From Octopus vulgaris (taxonomy: Eukaryota), in assembly GCA_951406725.2 (NCBI GenBank), contig OX597820.1:99944001-100008000 (forward strand): a stretch of 64,000 nucleotides of DNA, given 5' to 3'. The notes below the pieces were generated by a model. It searched no databases, had not been told where the DNA came from, and worked only from the letters and a program-made list of their open reading frames with translations. Shown piece after piece: positions 13,286 through 28,663 of this stretch (position 1 is the stretch's first letter; every line of letters begins with the position of its first letter). Both the position numbers and the translations under genes were made by a program.

Positions 13286-15330
13286 CCATGAACACCATTT
13301 AACGATTTTTTTCTTTCCTTGAGAAGAAAAGAAGAGCACTGAATCGTTATTCTCATTCAGTTGGTTAACTCGTTAAGATCTTTTATTATATTTCTAATAA
13401 TGACACAATGTTCACAACAAATTTATTCTGTTCTTGGTAAAACGGTTGCTATTTTGAAATCAGGAAAAGCATTATACTTTCACGTAGAACATGAACCAGG
13501 GATAAATTTGAAATGTAGTGTGTCACAATTAAGAAGAGAGCTTTTGGCTGTCCATCGGTAATGGGACCTAACTATGCAATAGAAGTATTTTGATATGTAC
13601 TAAATTTTGATTTTATACATACCAATTGTCGCCAGTTTCACTGAATCTCTCTGAGGAAAAACATTTTGATTTGAACAAATAGTATCTCTGATTGCGCCTT
13701 CTGTTTCATTTCACTTTTCTTTACGCTTATATTTATACATAACTCTGAAAAACTGAAGTGTAACACAGATTTTTTAACTGTCCATGAGCTTTATCACTGG
13801 AATATAAAAATATTGAAACGTGGATCTGTTGATTATGTAGGAAAGACAAAACGTGATTATGAAGGAAAGACAAATCTACATCTGCAGATTATGGAGAAAA
13901 GGCAAAGCGATAATGAAAAACAAATAATTAATACAATTTGACGCCATACACCTAAGATCAATATGAATGAGGGAGGGACGAAAACGTTGTTTTTCGTAAA
14001 TAAAATAAAAAATACTAAATTGTTGTTGGATTCAAACTTATACTTTGCTATGCACTAAACAGTAAATAGTTATTTCTATTCTGAAAAGAAAGTTATATAC
14101 TATTCTCTTAGGAAAAGAGACATAACATATCGTGCGAATGGTAAAAGGCATTGTAATAAATGGTTATTTTCGTCATATAGGTATAAAGATGACTCTGGCG
14201 GTGTTATTTATTTTTTTTCTTTTGGAATACCTGTCTAAAACTAAAACTACAATCTCATATTTTATTAACAAAAATGTTTTAAATCATTATTTTATATCTC
14301 ATTTTTGAATCCCAATTAGATGTATCTTAAGTATTTTTCTTAACTTGCTTATGATGTACTCTTGAGAATGTCATGAATGCCATATAATCACATATCTGAT
14401 CGCAGCCTGGAAAACTCATATCACGCATTTGATTAAGAGAAATCAATACTAATCAAATAAAACAAAGCAACAAAATGACAAGTCGAAACAAAACAAATGA
14501 TAATACCGGAATAAATACCTTACAGTATCTTACCTTATCTATCTATATGCTGGGTTCGAATCTCCCGAGATTGATAATATAATTGCTTGTAATAAATATC
14601 TGAGTCAATAAAATAAATACATGTAATATAATATGGTGATTTAATTGTAATATGGTACGTTATTTCTATCAGTAATTGCACCCAATCATTGTTTAAATAA
14701 GAAAATATTTTATTGGCAAAAGTATTTCCGAAGATAGGCACTGTGTGTACATATAAATATATGTTGGTGTGTATATGTAAGAGAAGAGAGAGAGAGGGGG
14801 GATGGGAAGAAGTCATGGTAGCCTATATGCACGAGTCGGATTTGATTTTTTGTTGAGACAATTTGCGTTCAATAACTGTGTTAATGATCCTGGAAGCACG
14901 TGAACGTCAAAGCATTCCCTTTTTCTGTAAAGTTTATTGTATTTTATTTCGTTACCATCATTATAATTGATATAAGATTATTTGAAACATCATATAATGT
15001 GATTACAAAACAGTTCCGTATCTGAAAAAAAATTAAATATTTATAATGTATTATGTTTATATGATGTAGAATAATGAGTTTATAACTAGAAATATTTTTG
15101 GCAAATTATTTGAGCGGTAACAGGCCTACTGGGAATTATTTGTTTATTTATTTGTATCATAATTTGTGATCGGTTTCAAACAGGTGAAGCATTTCTGAGG
15201 AATATCTAACTTGATTCACAACAAATAGTGTTTGAAATGCGGCGAGTTTTTAAAGCTTTCTCGCTAATTTTGATATCTTTCGCCAATATACATACCGATG
15301 AAAGTTACACACACATGCACGCACGCGCAT

Positions 15331-15379
<49 letters not shown>

Positions 15380-15749
15380 TACATAGACACGGCGAGCTCC
15401 TGCACAGGTTTCGTCTATTATGTTCTACTCACTAGATATTGGTTAATCTGAAGCTATGGTTGAAAACATTTGTCCCTTGCGCCTCACAAAAGGATCGAAC
15501 CCAGAAGTATATGGTTTTGAAACGAACTTCTTAATCCCGTACCTATGCCTGCTTCCTTTAGTCCTCTTTTGAACTTACTATTAGTCAATCTCATGAAAGA
15601 CCAAAGCTGTCAAAGAGCTATTTGTTAACAGTTGCTGGTGTAGGTATAAATATGGGTACACAATGTGATGTCCTAGATGGACCCTATTTAAATTTGTCAC
15701 TTGCAAAAACCGAAAGGGTTACTCGTGTCGGTATCAATAAACATTTCTT

Positions 15750-16900
15750 TAATTCCACTTTATAGTTGCTTTATATCGATTTCAGCTTCACTACGAAATT
15801 TGTTTGCGTCTTTTTGTTTTAGACATCAAGTGCTGCTGTGATTCTAGTTCCCACTTTTAGTGCTACCTTTCCGTCTGTCTGCAGTTCTTGTTTTCTGAAC
15901 CCTCTTGGTAGGACATACCCTACTTCTTGAGCAGTTAAGGGTGCGAATTCAAGTAAAGAGGGTGCTTCATACTCATTTTCATTTTCATCAGTAGCAACAT
16001 GCTTTCATTGTTCTTATTAGTAATTATTATGAGGCTATCTCCTTGAGTAACTGTTACGGTGTCATCTTGTTTCCGATTGGTGACCGCTGCCTGACAATCT
16101 TACTTCTGTTCAGTGATTATTACGGGCGTATATGTTTTCTGTCAGTGAGAGCAGCAGACACATAATCGTCGTCTGTGAATATGTCACTATTGTAGAGTGA
16201 CATATTTGCATTCTGAAATCGAACAGCTACATTGTGAGGGACTCAAGAAAATTAAAATGCTTCCTTCTATCAGTACAAGGACGACGTAGATGGTAATAAT
16301 TTTTACTGGAACGGAACGCATTCAAGCTTTCATGAAACGCCTATAGGTTTTCTTGTATGAATCATCAACTGCTGTACAGAATAATGGATGAAATTTGTCG
16401 GGGGTGAAATTAGAAAGCAACGCCATCTGCTTATGCTTTGTTCACTGCCTGAAATGATGAATGAGATTATTGATTATCCATGATGAGCAAAACCTTGCTG
16501 TCTGAGTGGCAATATGTACGATGGGGAAAGAGATCAAAGAATTGTACAAACAATTCTTTGTTCATCCATTATTACCTTGTAGCGGTCCTTGTAGATCTCA
16601 CAGGAACGCTTCCAATAAAATGTTTACAATATTTGACTCGTATGAATAAGAAAATGGTTGGAAGCAGTGCTGCTAATCTCATAAAGTCAAACTTAAATTC
16701 TTTATTCAGTTGCAATACTACCAAACTTGTAGCACAACCTGTTTCATCCAAATTTTGTTTTGTGCTTATAGACAATGACAATTCCATGACTGTTACTGAA
16801 CTGATGTAAAATCGGCTAAATGTGTACCGACTGAATATCCTAAACCAGACTAATACATATTGCTTCTTGGGCATAAATTACAATGATCCGGTGTTCCTTT
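15750..16900 (-). mobile_element. Possible highly degraded RTE-like LINE remnant
   Basis: Only scattered weak similarity to RTE RT C-terminal motifs (DETGCATSLVVLQ; ISSIILYS; YRRFMK). No intact motif. Confidence 0.3.
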
Positions 16901-18399
16901 AAACCCAACCAGAAAGCTTCTTCAGTTCCTTTGTTCATCCTCCAGTTTTCATATTGTTCGCTATGCTACGACATTTATCTTTAAAACAAGTCATAACAAT
17001 TAACTGCCTAATCTTTAATAATCATGGTTAACCCAGCTTCTAGTTTTAGAAGAAAAAGTTATGTTTCAAGACTAATAGTTTGAATATCCAAGATCTACGT
17101 ATGTATGTTTTATGCTCAGCGATGTAATGTGTTAATATCATTCGATCAACGTGGAAGTCTATGACTGCAAATTGCATACCGAGTCTACTTTAAACGGCTT
17201 CTACTGTACGTTGGAGAACATCTGCAATACTACTACGCTCTGACTTATGCTTGTATTCTTCTTGCTTTGTGGTGTGAAATGAAATCAAATTAATAACATT
17301 AGTTATCTAGGAGTAATGCATATAGTAAAGATTGGGAAGAGGGGAGGTGGGCTACAAATCAATTATTTTCATGAGCAGTGGCTCAACGCAACTGAAGGCG
17401 ACCATTCTGAAACTAGCTTTAGGGAAACAGTTATATGAAGCTGAGTAAAATTTATCAAGATAAAGGGTATCTTATAGACTACAAAAACAAATTTTAAAAG
17501 ACGCTAACCACTGCTATAAAACTGAAGGAAAGCGTCACATTTATAGTGCTAAAATCTACTTTTTACTGTTCTGTGCTTTTTAAAAATAAATGCTTTTTGT
17601 TCATCACATCTTCATAATACTGGTTCATATATGCTTAGTTGATGTAAAATAGGATAACATTAGATACAATATTTAGATTGCAGTACATAACTATAACTGT
17701 TAGACTGAGGTAGTAGCTCAATTCTTCCTCTTATCAAATTTCCTCGGTCTTCCCTATCTATTATTTAAGGGATAGAACAAGATTGCCAGCTAGACCAAGT
17801 AGTTTTGCCTTTTGTTCTCTAGTTGAGAGATGACTGACTTTAATCTCTCTAACGTTTTGGAGCATTAACAGCTCAAGTGAGTTGGAATGGCTTCTTCAAA
17901 AAGTTAGTTCTAGCTGTCGTCATTTACTTAAAACTGTTATATAAGTTCTTTTAATTTAGAAGAGAAGGAAATATAGTTTTGTTACAGATAAAACCTGTTG
18001 CGTTTTATAACCTATGAAATATCTTTTTACCATAAGTTTGATTAAATTTCTGGAGCTACAACGTCTACAATATTTTCCCCACCACCTATACACGCAGAAA
18101 TATCTTTTATTCATTATATTGGCTGCACTCATGACGTTGGTTCGCTATACAGCAAGATAGATTTAGTAGTTGTGTAGCCTATGCAGAGCACGCGATCATA
18201 AACATCAGCCAGTTATTCTTATAGCTACGCAGACATCAACCTATAACGATTATAATATTTGAACACAGAAATGTCAGTAAATATAGCTTTTGTCGATTAG
18301 ATAATATTTACTCTATACACTAACAAACTTTTGTGTCCTATGATATATATGTACAACTATTCTTAGTTCACACACTCCACTAATATTCTAATGTACTAC

Positions 18400-18870
18400 T
18401 TAATACTGTTTTTCTACTAGTCCGCTGCATTCACTTAACAAATGGTTAATACTTACATCTCCTTTTCCATAAACTCTGCGTTTGTTCCCCGACTGAGTTT
18501 TAATTAATCATTGCCTTTATAAAATTGGTCCTAATAGATTGTTCTTGAACAGCTATTATTAACAATTCAGATTCTCGTTTCAAGTTTCTATCCACCAGCC
18601 ACAACCAGTGTTCTTTACTTCCAGCATCCTTGGTTTATTGCATGCATTGGTCATGTAATTCATTCTCTTTCCAGCTATTTGTTTTGTGGCTCTTCCTTCT
18701 GTTCTTGCATTCTCTTACTGTTTCAGCAACTTTGTGGATATTTCTAGTCACCGATAGTTTTCTTTCTTCATTGTGTCATTTGAGTTCAACGATCCTCTGT
18801 CTCCTTTTCTGTCGATATTATTTCTAGGCTGGTACGCATTGTGCACTCTCAGCAGCTTCCAAGATTTTCT
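18400..18870 (-). mobile_element. R4/Dong-like fragment (pre-RLE region with zinc-knuckle remnant)
   Basis: Manual translation gives 'WKENELHDQ...WLWLVDRNLKRESELLIIAVQEQSIRTNFIKAMIN' and 'RVYGKGDVSINHLLSECSGL'. Confidence 0.8.
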
Positions 18871-18964
18871 ATCGAATGATTGAAGTTCTGTCTTTGTCTC
18901 TCTGACAAAACGGGCAGAGCATCATAATACTGGCAAGGTCGAATTATCATTATCATTATCATTA

Positions 18965-19480
<516 letters not shown>

Positions 19481-19685
19481 AGGGGAAGCTGGCAGAATCG
19501 TTAGCACGCCGGATAAAATGCTTTGCAGTATTGCATCCGTCTTTACGCTCTGAGTTCAAATTCCGACGAGCTTGACTCTTCCTTTCATCCTTTCTAGAAT
19601 GATAAAACAAGTACCAGGTAAGAACTGGGGTTGGTGTAATCGGCCCGTCCCCTCCCCAAAATTGCAGGTTTTGTGCCTATAGTAA
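19481..19685 (+). mobile_element. SINE family B
   Basis: gctggcagaatcgttagcacgccgg...gagttcaaattccg...ctttcatccttt. Confidence 0.85.
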
Positions 19686-19714
19686 AAATTATTATTATTG
19701 TTATTATTATGACT

Positions 19715-20381
<667 letters not shown>

Positions 20382-20935
20382 GAGTGAGTGAGCAGAGCAT
20401 GCCATCAAAGTGACACTGGGGTAAAATATACGAAGCCCAGTATACCCATCATGACTACCCGTCTGATAAGGGTACACCAGGCACATGCATCACAACCATA
20501 TGTGCGCGACATGGTGATCTCATATCAAGATAAACAGCACATGACCTTGCAGGTGGAGCCCAGTTAGAATTTTCTTCAGATCGAGTAACCCATCCCGCTC
20601 AAAAGGTCCCTGAATAAGGGTTGTTTAAGGACGTTGAACGAAACACCCATGTTTCCAGAGGTGAATTATTCAAACCCCAAAGAATCCTTCTCAACACATG
20701 GCTATGATGCTCCCCCACTACTTCTGCTCGTGATCAGAGATGCACATATCGTCAGCCACTAAGGAACATGCTCAACTGGTTAAGGTCAAACAACTGACAA
20801 GCAAATCTGTGGTATTGAGCAGAATATTTGCTGTAGCCCATCTTTTATACCAAGACAAAACAATGTACATGATAACACTTCCAATCAGTTAAGATCAGAA
20901 GCCATGAGAGCCACTGCCTGGTACTGCATCAGGGC

Positions 20936-20938
<3 letters not shown>
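20382..20938 (-). mobile_element. Full-length ~560-bp non-coding element inserted in (TAA)n
   Basis: Near-identical, end-to-end reverse complement of 54484-55054 and 61753-62311. Both flanks are (TTA)n. Confidence 0.9.
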
Positions 20939-21010
<72 letters not shown>

Positions 21011-21239
21011 CTATGTTTATTAGTTCTGTCATGGAACAATTGTTTCAACATTAAACTAGCCGACATATTTTAGGATGAAAGCCTAATATATTTTATAGGG
21101 CTAACTAATTGATATATAAATTGAAGTGAATAGGCTTTCTAGGTTGGAAGTAAGATTTTATTTATTAAAGAATTTCGATGAATAAAATCCGGAAAGCCAA
21201 AAATGAAACACTATATATGCAAACGCTACAAACACTGAT

Positions 21240-21440
21240 ATTGGTATATGTATGTATATACATACGTGTGTGTGTGTATAAACATGCATGTTATGTATGT
21301 AAGTACACAACTATCCATTCACATACACACTGATACATATACATACATAAAAACAAGTCTTGATGCAAATACCTACACCTATGTGCATATATCCTTACAT
21401 AGACACACGTATGAACAAAAATATAACATACATACATACA

Positions 21441-21472
<32 letters not shown>

Positions 21473-21932
21473 CTACATGCGTAAACATAAACGTATGAGA
21501 GCATTGCGTTCAGAGATATTATCATACCGACCTCGATAATTTTAGCTTTTATACCATTTTATTGAGGTCTATTTGTCGAGCTGCTAAGGCATATTACGTA
21601 AAGAATCCTACAAAAGGCCTCTCACAAAGCTTTAGTCAATGTGGGGCTGTTGCTGAAGAAACGTGTGCCACGCGGTGAGATTGATCTCGGAACTATATGG
21701 AACGAGCCTCTTAATTGGGGCCATTACAGTTAGAAGTTTAATAAGTGTACGTATATGTGCTGTATATGTGTATGTGAGAGTGCAAACATATAGATACATA
21801 TATATAAGCATATATTCATGTGTACAGATATATACCTATACATAACATATATAATATATATATATATATACATACACACACATATATATATATTTATGCA
21901 TAATACATTCATACACACAGACACACACACAC

Positions 21933-21993
<61 letters not shown>

Positions 21994-22509
21994 TGCATAA
22001 TACATTCATACACACACAGACACATACGTATATGCGCACATATATGTGTACACACGCACGCGTACACACATATACATATGAGGTGACCTCTCAGCAAGCT
22101 CATTATATTAGATCTCCATTAAAGTATATGAATAGGTTAGGACAAATTAAAATGTATTTAAATGTATTTCGATAAATAAACAACAATAAACATATTACAA
22201 AAATAACAGTTACCTTTTAAATGTTAGTCTATGTAAAATTGAACAAACGTAGATGCAATAAAAGAAAAACACAAAGCATTACTCTTGCACAATTAGGTTG
22301 TCAGTGAAACGAATTTCGACTCATAATTGAGCTACTGGTTATTTAAGAAATAAAAACATTTACGACCGTCAAATCACTAAAAGCAAATCCGCCATGTTTT
22401 CAACGAACAATATTACTATTGAAGCACATAGCTTTCCGTTATTTCTCCCTCCCTCCTTCCCGCCCTTCCCTCTCTCACTCACTTTGTTTCATGGTCTCTC
22501 TCTCTCTCT

Positions 22510-22551
<42 letters not shown>

Positions 22552-22643
22552 ATCTCTGCCTTCCCCAATCTTTATCTCTCTTACACGCTCATGTATACAC
22601 AAACATACGCATATATGCATTATATATATATATATATATGTAT

Positions 22644-22691
<48 letters not shown>

Positions 22692-22810
22692 CACACACAT
22701 ATATATATATATGCACATATACATACATACATATATACATACATATATATACATATATATATATCATATACATATATATATTACATATACATACATATAT
22801 ATATTACATA

Positions 22811-22855
<45 letters not shown>

Positions 22856-23113
22856 TATGTACACATATATACATACACACATATTTGCCAGGAGAGAGAG
22901 GAAGAAAGAAAAACACAAAGAAACAAAAAGAAATTAGCTTGGAAAAGGAAGAGAAAATAAAGAAGTTAAAACATACAAGATTATTGAAAAGTAGGTATAG
23001 ATTGTGATAACATTTAAATGAACTTATTATCTCATATCTTATATCTTTTGTGATTGATTTATTCCCTTTTGATACTATTCATTATTATTATTATCATCAT
23101 CATCATCATTATT

Positions 23114-23185
<72 letters not shown>

Positions 23186-23709
23186 TGTCTTTATCGGTTC
23201 TGTCATGAACCGAATGTTTCAACGTTTAACTAGTTAACATTAATGTTTTGAGGTCGGTATGATGAATAACTAATTTAATTTTAGAAATATTATTTCAAAA
23301 TGTTTCATTTTCTAAAATATTCATATTAACATTAATTAACCAATTATATCGCGGATGGCCATTATCTATTTCTTTATAATTGTTGATATAATTTTGTTTC
23401 TTGAAAAATGGTTTTAAAAAAAACATAATCGAATGATTTGAAATGTGACTGATGTTTCAGTTGATACTCTCACCATAATAGCTATTCATTAAACCAAATA
23501 CGCAATCGATATTTTTGAGAAGAAATTTCCAGAATCCATTTCTATAGACACTTAAGGAGGCTTCAGATTTGGACAAAATACAAAATACAAAATACGAAAT
23601 AAACAACATAAAAAGAATTTTTTAAGCACACACAAACACATAAACGCGCACAAACACACACGTACATACACACGCAGTTATCTGCATGTCTATGTGTGCG
23701 TGTGTGTAA

Positions 23710-23754
<45 letters not shown>

Positions 23755-23790
23755 CACACACATACACAGAAATACATAGATTGATAGATT

Positions 23791-23835
<45 letters not shown>

Positions 23836-23869
23836 GTGGGTGGGTGAATCCATGTACATATATATATAT

Positions 23870-23921
<52 letters not shown>

Positions 23922-24021
23922 GCACATACCGATGCATATACATATATATCTATACGTATGTATATCTATCTGTTTATCTGTATAGATATGTGCATACATA
24001 CATATATATATATGTATGTGT

Positions 24022-24058
<37 letters not shown>

Positions 24059-24150
24059 TTTGTGTGTATATATGCATGAATGTATATATGTATATGCATA
24101 TGAACACTACATACATTTACGAGCGTGCGTGTGTGATGCATATATATATG

Positions 24151-24202
<52 letters not shown>

Positions 24203-24210
24203 AGTGTGTG
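21240..24210. repeat. Cluster of (TA)n, (CATA)n, (CA)n, (CT)n, (GATA)n and (TTA)n microsatellites
   Basis: Directly visible. It explains the YI/HT/CV-rich pseudo-ORFs. Confidence 0.95.
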
Positions 24211-24229
24211 TGTTTGTATGCATCTATAA

Positions 24230-24960
24230 ACAAAAAAAAAATGGCAGAAAGTAGCTTGAATTGAAAAAATATCGGAGTAAAATGAAAGGAGAGCAAGAGT
24301 GAATTATAAGAGTATATTTTGAGGGAAAGAATGAAAGAAGTAAAGGAAAAACTAGGATAGTATGTGATAAAATAGGAACATAAAAATTTGAATGTTTAAA
24401 AGGAAAATAGACAGAGAAGTGGCAGAGATAACTAGAGATGGAAATGGAAGTAAGAAGATTATGAGAAAACTATGAAAAAGAAGAGGCCGAACAAAATGGA
24501 TGATAGATAGTAAAAGAAATCAAGAGAAGAAAAAAATGGAGAAAGAGAGACGAAGGAAAATACCTGATAAACAAGAGTCAGGAAACGTAAAGTGGAAAAG
24601 GAACAAGAAAGAAACGATAAACGAAAAGTTAGGGTGAAATAAGAAGAAATTTGGAGATAGTAGGAGAAAGATGGGACTGGGCGAAGGACAGCGAATGGAA
24701 GCTATTCGAGGGTTGAAAACTACTAAAGGAAGATTGGAAATATAGCATAAAAGATATTAAAGAGGAAACTAAGAGAATGATAGAGTCTGGTAAAAAAAAA
24801 AAAAAAAAGAGCTAAATATGGAAAATGAGGTTAATAAGGAAAAACTGAGTGAAAGACAAAGGAAGAGAGGGAGAGAGAAAGAGAGAAATAAAGAAAGTGT
24901 CTAATAGAAAAGACAGAGAAAGGACGATGTGAAGAAGGGAGAACAAAGAAACGGGAACAT
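24230..24960 (+). repeat. Long purine-rich (A/G) low-complexity tract
   Basis: About 700 bp dominated by A and G on the + strand without a fixed repeat unit. A similar tract lies at ~26900-27420. Confidence 0.8.
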
Positions 24961-25786
24961 TTGGGTTGTCGTTTTATTTAAACGTAGTGTACCTGTCAAA
25001 GGTTTGAAGAATTTTGCCGAACCACAAGCCACTTCTTTGATCCAATAATCGTGGCAGTTCAACATTTTATGCTTGTTAATGTGATAGTTAGGATGTCTAT
25101 ACTTTTTCTATGGGAAATAACAATGTACGGGTGGTAACTTCAAGTAGGAACTGGGAACACAACTTACTGGAAGTTACCCTCTTGATCTATGCTCCGTTAA
25201 CCGCAGTATATATAATTTTGCTTTTCTTCGCTAAAAAATATCTAAAAATATTACATGTGATGTCAAAGGGAGCAGCTTTTCACTTCAAAGATGACACTAA
25301 ACATTGTAATACATTACCCCATCATCCAGCACTTCAGTCAGGTGCTTGTTCTAAATTTGCTATTTAATTACAAGACAGAATTTTGTAGATGATAGATGCA
25401 GTCACTTGAAACCTATCCAGTGTATTGTTTATTTATTCAGTTTGTTAATTAGTTATCTATACACAGGGTCGCATATTTCTTAGACTTTCAACTTCAGGTT
25501 TTCTTCAAGGATATTTATTGATTGCCTAAATAAAACTTCTGCTCGGGATTGAAACTGAGTTATCTTCGTCTCTTTTTAAATTACGCCAGAAGTACAATAT
25601 ATCATGTATACTTTATTTATTCGAAGTTGTAAAATTAAAATCGCTCTTGCTATATTTGAATCAAAATGTAGAAAATATTCAACACTGTGCGACATTTTAT
25701 CCGGCACTCCACTATTTTTTGCTCGCTTGGCAGCAAAATATATATTAACAAAATAATAATTCTTTTTAATTTTTGTACATTTGTAT

Positions 25787-25949
25787 AGGCGCAGGAGTGG
25801 CTGTGTGGTAAGTAGCTTGCTTACCAGCCACATGGTTCCGGGTTCAGTCCCACTGCGTGGCATCTTGGGCAAGTGTCTTCTGCTATAGCCCCGGGCCGAC
25901 CAATGCCTTGTGAGTGGATTTGGTAGACGGAAACTGAAAGAAGCCTGTC

Positions 25950-26009
<60 letters not shown>

Positions 26010-26215
26010 TTGTGTGTCTGTGTTTGTACCCCTAGCATTGCTTGACAACAGAAGCTGGTGTGTTTACGTCCCCGTCACTTAGCGGTTCGGCAAAAGAGAC
26101 CGATAGAATAAGTACTGGGCTTACAAAGTCCCGGGGTCGATTTTCTCGACTAAAGGCGGTGCTCCAGCATGGCCGCAGTCAAATGACTGAAACGAGTAAA
26201 AGAGTATAAAAGAGT
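25787..26215 (+). mobile_element. SINE family A, well preserved
   Basis: Full head, body, internal (TA)n(TG)n and gtaaaagag tail. Near-identical to 52932-53335. Confidence 0.9.
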
Positions 26216-26224
26216 AGGTGTAGA

Positions 26225-26405
26225 CATTTTCAAGAGAGGGACAAATCGTCGATTACATCAATTACAGCAGTTAACTAGTACTTATTTTAATAGGCCCCGA
26301 AAGGATGAAAGGTAAAGTTAACTTTGGCGAGATTTGAGCTGAAAATATAAAGAGCTAGAATAAATGCTGCAAAGCATTTTGTCCGTCGTGCTAATGATTC
26401 TAGCA
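26225..26405 (-). mobile_element. SINE family B, diverged
   Basis: ccccgaaaggatgaaaggtaaagt...gtgctaatgattctagc. Confidence 0.7.
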
Positions 26406-27794
26406 ACTTCTGCACCAAAAATGCCCGACCGTGGCCACCGCTCAGATTACTGACTGGAACACATAAAAGAAGTAGGACTGTATCACAGAGCTGTATTCAT
26501 TGAAATGTTAATTTTAAACTTGCATTGTCTTGGGATGTTAGGCGTTCACTTTTCTTAGAGAATTGGTGCCGAAAATGGAGTGAAATGCCATCAAAACGAA
26601 AGGTAACTGTATCGCCGATTCGGCAAGTCATACGCTTACTTTTTGTTCTATGGTAGCCATAGAGTAAAATAAAAATATTAGTTCTTTTATTATTTTCCAA
26701 TTGTTAGAAATGCTCTCCATATTTTGAGCGATGGGGTGAATAGGAGAATATGACAAAATTGTATTATTCGCATTGGTATTAATGCTGTTAGTGAACTTGC
26801 ATCAACTGAAAAATAAAACTAGAACGTGATAGTGACTCGCCCACTAGGTTACTGTTTTCTCTACAGTACTCGCTGAATAAATAAAATAAATAATAGAGAA
26901 CATATATGCAGTAGTGAATACAAGAAAAAAAAAGCAGCGAATAAAGGACAAACTAGACATGTACAATAGAGAAAAACCGTCTTCAAAAGAAGATCAGATG
27001 ATGGAAAAGATATAGAAATGATAAACAAAATGAAGACAAGAGAGAAATGAAATATAAGGGAGGGAAGTGGAGAAGAATGAAGAAAAGAAAATCAGCAAAA
27101 ATGAAGAAGACAGAAGAAATAAGAAAGATAAAAGAAGAGTGATACAAAAGAATGTGCAAAGGAGAAAACAGTCCTAAAAAAAGGTAGAATAAAAAGACAA
27201 ACACAAGAGAAATAGAAAAGATGAAGTTACAGGAAGTAAAGAGATATACAAAACAGACGGTGTTGGGCGGGGGAGGGACAAACGTTGAGGAAATTCAGAA
27301 AAATGAAAGAAGAGAGACAAAATAGAAAAATATGGATGAAAAGAAGCTAAGAAGTAAAAATGGAGTACGGAGAAGCAGCAACAAATAGGTATGAAGAAAT
27401 GTTAATGGCCGTATGAAAGGATTCTGTGAAAGGGGGAATGAGGTGATGTGGATTAAGGGGTGGTCACCATGAGAACATATAACTGCTAGTAGAACGGAAC
27501 TAGTCAATGCTAAATCTGCTTCAAATGTATGAATAATCTTCTCAATAAGTTCTATTTATTTATATATGGTTCTCTTAAGTTCGATCCCAGTACGCAGTTT
27601 CTTCAACATCATTATGATCATCATCATTTTCTATTACATATTTCATAAGTAAGTACAGTGATGAGTGTTTTTGTCTGAAGATCACAGGTATATTACGGAA
27701 GAATATAATTCATAAAACGACTGCAGTTGTACCCCGCCCCTATAAAGTTGACAGTCACCTTAAGACGTATAAAGGACAAACCTAAATATTAACT

Positions 27795-28000
27795 TCAAAC
27801 TTTAGCTAAAGGCCAGAAATTTCGGGTGAGAGTGATAATTCGATTACATCGATCCCAATACTTAACTGATACTTACTTTATCGACTCCGAAAGGGTTGAA
27901 ATGCAAAGCCGACTTCGGTGGAATTTGAACTTAGAACGGGAAGACCGACGAAATTCCGGTAAGCATTTTACCTGGTGTGCTAATGATTCGACCAGCTCGC
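27795..28000 (-). mobile_element. SINE family B, diverged
   Basis: tttatcgactccgaaagg...ggaatttgaact...gtgctaatgattcgaccagctcgc. Confidence 0.75.
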
Positions 28001-28080
28001 TGTTCCAGGGAATATATTGTAAACTATTAAGTGCATCATTTCTTGAGCAGCATACGATATCATTCTAATATCTGTATACA

Positions 28081-28150
28081 AGGTGATACCCTAGCATGGT
28101 CGCTAAGGTGATACCCTAGGACAGTCGTTAGGGTGATACCCTACCATGAT
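28081..28150. repeat. 25-bp minisatellite, ~3 copies
   Basis: aaggtgataccctagcatggtcgct / aaggtgataccctaggacagtcgtt / agggtgataccctaccatg. Confidence 0.8.
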
Positions 28151-28328
28151 TGAGTCAAATAAAAGAATAAAAGGATATAGATTAATATCTGTTTATAGAG
28201 ATTTATATTATTTTCGGGATAGAAGATGTTATTTCAATTCCCTCTCTCTCTAGATAATGAGCACTATTGTAAGATTAACATTCACACGACAATGGATATC
28301 ATGCGCGCACACACACACACACGCACGC

Positions 28329-28370
<42 letters not shown>

Positions 28371-28514
28371 TACACACACGTACACACATATATATGTATA
28401 TATATACATGCGTATGTGTGTGCGTGCATGTATATATATATATGCATGCACGTGCGTACGTATTTATGTGTGTGAGTGCGTTTGTGTGTCTCTCTCTCTC
28501 TCTCTCTCTCTCTT

Positions 28515-28545
<31 letters not shown>

Positions 28546-28663
28546 CTAGTTAGTCAATTAATTAAAGAAACGGAGAAAAAGACAACAGGAGAAAAATAAC
28601 AACGCATGGACATGGTTCATGCAAAGTATTAATAAGACGCCCAGAGAAGGAAAAAAGAAGTGG

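Noticed and set aside
28081-28150. Repeat-spacer-like 25-bp units resembling a mini CRISPR array
   Set aside because: The context is eukaryotic, the units are too short with related 'spacers', and there are no cas genes. It is an ordinary minisatellite.
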